Assembly (NCBI GenBank): GCA_963932905.1
Contig: CAWVRN010000001.1
Coordinates: 224,001-288,000, forward strand
DNA from: an uncultured Bdellovibrio sp.
GTDB lineage: Bacteria > Bdellovibrionota > Bdellovibrionia > Bdellovibrionales > Bdellovibrionaceae
Reading direction: 5' to 3'
DNA: 64,000 nt
The translations under genes were made by a program, and so were the position numbers. Position 1 is the first letter of the stretch. Every line of letters starts with the position of its first letter. This document shows positions 58,451 to 64,000 of this stretch, in pieces. Under the pieces are notes generated by a model. The model saw nothing but the letters and a program-made list of their open reading frames with translations, did no database searches and had not been told where the DNA came from.

Positions 58451-58789
58451 ATGCAAGCTTTTTTTAAAGTGTCTCAGATGGGTCAAATCCTCCGAATGAA
58501 TTGGAGTTAATACCTAATGTTATTTTTCATCCAGCCCTTCAGAAAACCCTAAACCTTTTAATACAGCGTTGAAGGCGCCGCCCCTTGCAATGAGCGCAGC
58601 CCTACAGTGACCTTTAGAAAATTGGTGGTCCCCTTAAATGAGGCGAAAAACAGAGTTGTGACCTAGCGGTCAGGAAGGGTGCCGCCCGAGCCTCAGAAAT
58701 CGCGGGGAAACACAGGGGACATTCTAGGGATTTACCGTGGGACTTGCTGGGGACGCCGTAGCTTTATTGACCAGATCGCAGTTTCAAAT

Positions 58790-58912
58790 TTTTCGATGTA
58801 TTCAACAACTTGCGTTGTCCAAACTCCAGGGACGACAACCCGACTGAGTATGTCGTTATCAGTGCGCTTACAACATTCAGCAATAGCTATGAAACAGGCG
58901 CGCAGACTTTGC
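58790..58912 (-). pseudogene. Possible decayed tyrosine-recombinase C-terminal fragment
   Basis: Minus-strand QSLRACF, then after a frameshift and stop, LLLNVVSALITTYSVGLSSLE, echoing the HxLR..F...LL..G......GW box. Confidence 0.3.
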
Positions 58913-59023
58913 CATCACACCAATAAACAGTTTCTTGCTACAACTTACTACAGATTAGTTATGCGGGTAAGAAATGCTGAAGACTTTCAACGAGTTAAAA
59001 ACTTGGGAAATAGCATTCTCCCT

Positions 59024-59185
59024 CTCCGCCATTTACTCTCTCGAAAAATCAAGTCCCTGAAATTAAAATCAAAAATTATTAAATGCTTCAAGTAATTGAA
59101 AATACTGATTCGAAGTAGTCCCTAGTTTGTCTAAAGGTTCAGAACGGATCCCAATATTTCTGTGCATTTCAAAATCTTGCTACAG
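59024..59185 (+). repeat. Direct repeat copy 2 (att-like junction)
   Basis: Diverged copy of 56514-56677; weaker similarity continues to the ..agtgttcacaaa motif (about 59330 versus 56848). Confidence 0.9.
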
Positions 59186-59376
59186 GTTCTTTCGGAGGGT
59201 GCTAATTCTGAGAAAAAACTAGATTCAGAATTTTCTGAACGGTTTTTAAATTGGGCCCCTTTAAAGAAACTCGAAAATTTTGCGATTTTATTAAAAAATT
59301 AATCCGGGAAGGAAAATTTCAGTGTTCACAAAAGTGCTATCTGTTGTGAACGCGATGAGATCCATTAAGAAGGGGT

Positions 59377-60144
59377 TTAATCCGCAAAAAAAGAAGCATG
59401 GTATTCGTCTGATTCAAATATGAGGTCATCATTCTCTTTGGAGATCCCTATTATTTTTAGATGAGATCTCATAAAATCCAAATCTGCATTTTTATTTGGG
59501 TCAAGGATTCTTTCGGCATTCACCGAGCCACCAATTTTGACTGAGTGATTATTGTTGATGAGGTATCGACAACTAATATCTCCTTCAACTCGTAATGCAT
59601 GATCATTTCTATGAAGGTGTAAAATATTATCCACCTTTAAATTCCCGCCAACCACGACTTCGCCCGAAGACGACATATTGGTAGCAGCCATATTTCCAAG
59701 AACAATAATATTGGAACTTTCATCCCAGTCAGATAGATTACCTTGTATCGATAAGTTCCCAGTCAGAAACAACGAACCGATCTCGACAAAAATGTCGCCT
59801 TGAACGCTAACTGACCCATTTCTTAAAGCAATTTCTCCATTTTGGAATCTCGTCTTCCCTACTTCGAGCAATGCACTCGGTTCTTTTTGGTTTTCTCGCA
59901 TAGCTGTGAGTAGAGAGTAGATAACGACGGAGTCACAAAAAGGCTGTTGCTTATCTTTTGGAAAGTAAGGTAATCTTGTAATTTCACTGAATAGATCTTC
60001 GTAAGTCTGCGGATAGTTGAAGTCTAGTAACCAAGCAAGTTCAGTTTGATTCAAGCTACGATGGTTCTTGAACATCTTTACGCTCGAAAGATTTGTGATC
60101 ACATTTTTAAGAGATTCTTTAAAAGATCCTACATTCAGATTCAT
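59377..60144 (-). CDS. Hypothetical protein with a C-terminal beta-helix (bactofilin/polymer-forming-like repeats)
   Basis: Repeated V/I-x-G-N/D-L/I units (VQGDI, LTGNL, IQGNL, VLGNM, VGGNL, VEGDI, IGGSV). Confidence 0.75.
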   Translation of the reverse strand: MNLNVGSFKESLKNVITNLSSVKMFKNHRSLNQTELAWLLDFNYPQTYEDLFSEITRLPYFPKDKQQPFCDSVVIYSLLTAMRENQKEPSALLEVGKTRFQNGEIALRNGSVSVQGDIFVEIGSLFLTGNLSIQGNLSDWDESSNIIVLGNMAATNMSSSGEVVVGGNLKVDNILHLHRNDHALRVEGDISCRYLINNNHSVKIGGSVNAERILDPNKNADLDFMRSHLKIIGISKENDDLIFESDEYHASFFAD

Positions 60145-60674
60145 AGACTAATCTTTTCATAAATGTCTCCGTTTGTATAGAAAGGAAATGCTAGTTACCC
60201 ACCTAGCCCCGGCCTTTTCGTTCAATAAAAAAAGCACCACCATTCAATGTGAACAAAGTCAAACAGAGACCTCTGGGAAATGGATGGTCCCCGTTAAATG
60301 ATTTAAAAATATGTTTTTTCTCCGGTGGTCATAAAGAGTATCGCACACCAGGACGCTACCAGTTTCGAATCAAACGACAAGACGAGGGACTCATCGCAAC
60401 CACACCATGTTTCTTGCTACAGATTACTACAAGTTAGTTGAGAGCTGAAGAAATTCTAAAGACTTTTATTAGAATTTTTGAAAGCCGTTTGATTCGTGAA
60501 GAAGGGTTTAGTCAGCGTGCAGTTGACTTCAGCCAGATCAGAACTTCATCTGCATTTTTATCAGGTGGAAAAACTGGGTAAAAAACTTTTTGGATTTTTC
60601 CATTCTGAATGAAAAACGGCTCGTTGTTTTGACAGTTTATAGTCGAAGCTAATGAGCCGTTAAAGATTTAAAAT

Positions 60675-61115
60675 CTAGTTACATTGATTTGTCTTGCCAA
60701 GAGGCAACGGGTAACCTTGTACAACCCAAATTACAGAATATTGGCCGGGAGCAAATTCGAAAAACATCAACTGAGTCGGTTTTTCTGTGCCTGTAGAAAC
60801 CGCTAGGATACTACCACCTGTAAAGCTAGTGATATCAGCTATCGTGTTGATGATTTTTGTATCGTCTGCATTGAAGTCAGCCGCCGTGAAATCAGCCGCG
60901 CCTACGATATTGTAAGTCGTGCTACCTTTGAATGGTTGACCGTCTTGATCTTTGCCTTCGATATCAATGGCGATAGTTTTATCAACTACTTTGTAAGCTA
61001 CTTTTAAGCTTGATTTTGGTTCACATGAACTCATTGTCGCAGGAACCATTGCGAATGATGCAGAAGCAAAGCAAAGTGCTAAGCCAACGAAAAATAATTT
61101 TGCTGTAGATACCAT
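60675..61115 (-). CDS. Secreted hypothetical protein
   Basis: Signal peptide MVSTAKLFFVGLALCFASASFA; AAGGGG RBS before ATG 61115; Cys near both ends of the mature chain. Confidence 0.8.
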   Translation of the reverse strand: MVSTAKLFFVGLALCFASASFAMVPATMSSCEPKSSLKVAYKVVDKTIAIDIEGKDQDGQPFKGSTTYNIVGAADFTAADFNADDTKIINTIADITSFTGGSILAVSTGTEKPTQLMFFEFAPGQYSVIWVVQGYPLPLGKTNQCN

Positions 61116-61249
61116 ATTGGACCCCTTTTCTTTTGGTTTAAGATGCAAATATATTTCAATGGACGAAAAGATGAATAGCAAGAAAAATACTTTAAATTTT
61201 TTTTCTGGGGAGGATGGCCACGCATGGTAAACTTTGAACTTTTGTCAAA

Positions 61250-63013
61250 ATGGCGACACACTCTTTGGATATGAATAAAAGTATATCGATGAAGCGGTTA
61301 GCAAGTGTGGCCAAACCTGAATACTCAACCCTGGGTTGGGGTTTGTTTTTCTTAGTCATTTCCAGTGTTTCTTCCCTTGTGTATCCCCAAGTAATACGAT
61401 GGATGGTTGACAATGTTTTGCAAACCAAACGAATCGATTTATTGTGGTGGTCCGTTGGTGCTCTATTCATAGTATTTATTCTTCAAGGTATCACTTCCAG
61501 TGTGCGTTATTACCTGTTCACTTTAAGCGGTGAACGAATTGTCCTTAAACTGCGCCAAAGATTGTTTGGAAATTTAATGAACCAGGAAGTCTCCTTCTTT
61601 GATTTTCATCGCACAGGTGAATTGATGAGTCGCCTAGCTTCCGATTGCACGACATTGCAAAATACAGTCAGTGTAAATATATCGCAAGGGCTAAGAAATT
61701 TGGGGCAAGTAATCGGTGGCCTTGGGTTTATGTTTTATACTTCATGGCAGTTAACAGCGATCATGTTTTTATTAATACCGCCGATTGCGTTGTTCGCCGC
61801 AGTTTACGGAAAAAAAATTAGAGCGCACTCAAGAAACCTTCAGGAAGCCGTCGCAAATTCCAGCATTGTGGCAGAAGAAACTTTGTCTGGTGTTAAAACT
61901 GTAAAATCATTTGTTCGAGAATCTTTTGAAGTTCAACGTTACACTTTGGCTTTGGATCATGCTCTATTCTTCGTGCGCGCACGCATTAATGCCATCACGA
62001 TATTTATGATGGTGGCGATGGTTGTTGGGTTTACTGCGGTCTGTGTCGTCCTGGCCTATGGCGGCTATCAAGTGATTGACGGTCAGATGACCGTGGGTGA
62101 TTTAACTCAATTTCTTTTGTACCTAATGTTAGTCGCGATTGGTGTAGGAAGTCTGGGAAGTTTATGGGGTGACTTCGCCGCGGGCATTGGGGCTTCAGAA
62201 CGAATTTTTGAAATTCTAGAAAAACAATCACAAGAATTGACTCAAGGTACACGCCCCAATCAGGTGCATGGAAAAATTGAATTCAAAAATGTGTCGTTTA
62301 GTTATCCAACTCGAAAAGACATAAAAGTTGTTAAGGATCTATCATTCCAAATAGAGCCCGGACAAAAGGTTGCTTTTGTGGGATCCTCTGGTGCTGGAAA
62401 ATCCACAATAGCGAGTTTAATTCCCGGTTTTTATCCCATCGATTCAGGACAAATCAAAATTGATGGGCAGGACATTCAAACTTTGGATGTTTCTTGGTTG
62501 CGTTCCCAGATTGGTATTGTATCGCAAGAGCCAATATTGATTTCATCTTCTATTGAAGAAAACATCAAATATGGTCGTGAATCTGCTAACTCCGAAGAAA
62601 TTGCCACAGCAGCAAAATCGGCGAACGCCTGGGAATTTATTCAACGATTTCCCGAAAAAATGGAAACTAAAGTGGGTGAAAAAGGTTTGCAGTTGTCTGG
62701 TGGACAAAAGCAACGTGTTGCCATTGCCCGGGCCGTTCTTAAAGATCCAAAAATTCTAATTTTGGATGAAGCCACATCTAGTTTAGATACGGAAAGCGAA
62801 GCATTGGTACAAGAAGCACTTAATAAACTGATGGAAGGTCGCACAAGCCTGGTCATTGCCCATCGGCTTTCGACCATAGTGGATGCTGATAAAATTTTCG
62901 TTTTAAACAATGGTGAAGTTGTTCAAAGCGGAAAACATGACGAACTTGCCAAAGATAAATCAGGTATTTACTATAAACTGTTACAAAAACAATTCTCTGG
63001 AGAAACCGAATGA
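61250..63013 (+). CDS. ABC exporter, fused TMD-NBD half transporter (ABCB/MdlB-like)
   Basis: 6 TM, FFD..RTGELMSRL, GSSGAGKST, LSGGQKQR, LDEATSSLD, AHRLST. Confidence 0.95.
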   Translation: MATHSLDMNKSISMKRLASVAKPEYSTLGWGLFFLVISSVSSLVYPQVIRWMVDNVLQTKRIDLLWWSVGALFIVFILQGITSSVRYYLFTLSGERIVLKLRQRLFGNLMNQEVSFFDFHRTGELMSRLASDCTTLQNTVSVNISQGLRNLGQVIGGLGFMFYTSWQLTAIMFLLIPPIALFAAVYGKKIRAHSRNLQEAVANSSIVAEETLSGVKTVKSFVRESFEVQRYTLALDHALFFVRARINAITIFMMVAMVVGFTAVCVVLAYGGYQVIDGQMTVGDLTQFLLYLMLVAIGVGSLGSLWGDFAAGIGASERIFEILEKQSQELTQGTRPNQVHGKIEFKNVSFSYPTRKDIKVVKDLSFQIEPGQKVAFVGSSGAGKSTIASLIPGFYPIDSGQIKIDGQDIQTLDVSWLRSQIGIVSQEPILISSSIEENIKYGRESANSEEIATAAKSANAWEFIQRFPEKMETKVGEKGLQLSGGQKQRVAIARAVLKDPKILILDEATSSLDTESEALVQEALNKLMEGRTSLVIAHRLSTIVDADKIFVLNNGEVVQSGKHDELAKDKSGIYYKLLQKQFSGETE

Positions 63014-63351
63014 GAAAAATTCTAAGCGAATCAAAAGTCGCACCCAAAGCGCAAGAAGCAATGGCCAGTTTTTATGCGCCTATCATTAAAGAAATCGAGC
63101 AAGCCATTCAAGACAATGAATGGGTCGTCGTTGGTATGGCTCACAATGTTCCAGTTAAAAAAGCCCGCAAATTTCTAAAAGAGCGAGATATCAAATATAA
63201 ATACATTGAACATGGAAATTATTTTAATGGTTGGAAATTAAGATTGGCGATTAAGTTATGGAGTGGCTGGCCAACATTTCCACAAGTGTTTCACAATGGA
63301 ACTCTGATTGGCGGTTTCAGTGATTTAAAAGCCTACCTAGCAAGTAAGTAG
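63010..63351 (+). CDS. Glutaredoxin-like protein lacking an active-site Cys
   Basis: SGWPTFPQVF..GTLIGG monothiol-glutaredoxin C-terminal motif; ATGA overlap with the ABC gene; no Cys in the sequence. Confidence 0.8.
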   Translation: MRKILSESKVAPKAQEAMASFYAPIIKEIEQAIQDNEWVVVGMAHNVPVKKARKFLKERDIKYKYIEHGNYFNGWKLRLAIKLWSGWPTFPQVFHNGTLIGGFSDLKAYLASK

Positions 63352-63365
63352 GCTTTTAAAAAGAA

Positions 63366-64000
63366 TTATTTTGCCGAAGCAGTGCCGATATCGCGAGGAT
63401 CGGCCACTGCCGTAAATTCAGAGTTGTTCGTGTCCATTGACGCCGACATAACTCGACAAGGGATTCCGCCCAATTCAATTTTGTAACCCATGTTTTTAAG
63501 TTTCTCTAATTCTTTTGGTGCCGGTCCCGGTTGTTCGATGAACAATGTGTCGGGTTGCCACTGATGATGAACGCGAATGTTCTTCACAGAGCTTTCTAAT
63601 GATTGTTTGAAGAATAAGTGATTGAAAATGGTTAAGGCTGTACAACTGATAATGCGCGTACCGCCCGGAGCCCCCACCGCCATCACCGGTCTACCTGTTT
63701 GATCAAACACAATGGTTGGCGACATACTAGAAAGAGGAGTTTTAAATGGTGCAATCGAATTAGCATCTGATCCTACAGCTCCGTAAAGATTAGCAGCTCC
63801 AGGTTTAGACGAAAAATCGTCCATCTCGTTATTCATCACGATTCCCGTGCCTGTCGCCACAGCCCCCGAACCCATCCAACCGTTAATGGTTTGAGTTGAA
63901 CTGATCGCATTACCTTCCTTATCAAGGAATGACATGTGCGTTGTTTCCGTAGATTCATGTTTTTGGTCTACATTTCCGAAACGAACTTCGTTGGCGGCGC
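63366..64000 (-). CDS. ggt: Gamma-glutamyltransferase, 3' part (5' end outside window)
   Basis: Frame stays open upstream of the ORF-track start and gives HESTETTH (autocleavage Thr), then NNEMDDF, PLSSMSPT, GAPGGTRI, ADPR. Confidence 0.95.
   Translation of the reverse strand, partial: AANEVRFGNVDQKHESTETTHMSFLDKEGNAISSTQTINGWMGSGAVATGTGIVMNNEMDDFSSKPGAANLYGAVGSDANSIAPFKTPLSSMSPTIVFDQTGRPVMAVGAPGGTRIISCTALTIFNHLFFKQSLESSVKNIRVHHQWQPDTLFIEQPGPAPKELEKLKNMGYKIELGGIPCRVMSASMDTNNSEFTAVADPRDIGTASAK

Larger units (their letters stand above)
56514..59031. mobile_element. Mini genomic island 1 at tRNA-Ser (no intact integrase), carrying TetR and NTF2/SnoaL genes
   Basis: Bounded by the tRNA 3' end ctccgcca (56515-56522) and its copy at 59024-59031; TTRCTACA repeats near both ends. 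Confidence 0.7.
59024..60465. mobile_element. Mini genomic island 2 in tandem with island 1 (right core not found)
   Basis: Left end repeats the island 1 left end; right end repeats island 1 right-end motifs (ggtcccc.ttaaatga; cacacca..tttcttgctaca..ttactaca..ttagtt..aagaaat.ct.aagacttt). Confidence 0.6.

Noticed and set aside
59011..59031. Second tRNA gene
   Set aside because: Only the last few bases match the tRNA-Ser 3' end; no cloverleaf upstream
58679..59095. 138-aa plus-strand ORF
   Set aside because: Runs across arm-type boxes and the att-like repeat, with no recognisable protein features; likely spurious

Overview
AT-rich bacterial chromosome segment whose gene content and order point to Bdellovibrionota (predatory Bdellovibrio-like). 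It carries a near-identical homologue of the Bdellovibrio histone Bd0055, and the backbone dapF-dapA-dapB, murD, ligA, gatCAB, rho, rpmE2-prfA-prmC-murA, serS-tRNA-Ser(TGA) and ggt. Three accessory blocks interrupt this backbone. (1) 7909-18392: a tightly coupled 10-gene minus-strand operon joining a flavin-dependent halogenase-type enzyme, two different UbiA prenyltransferases, an MMPL/RND exporter, a predicted exported kinase-like protein, a predicted exported CYTH protein and a DUF4956/CotH-like/VTC polyphosphate module. This is the best candidate for an undescribed system. (2) 36506-43868: an MFS-GNAT-LuxE-LuxC/PaaK fusion-PaaK operon with no luciferase. (3) 56514-60460: two tandem, integrase-less mini-islands at the tRNA-Ser 3' end, with repeated arm-type sites. 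Also noted: a candidate two-hairpin C-rich sRNA with an in-window RBS match, a Rho with a long N/R/D-rich N-terminal extension, and a possibly doubly anchored LysM/polyproline protein. All assignments come from reading motifs by eye; no database searches were run.
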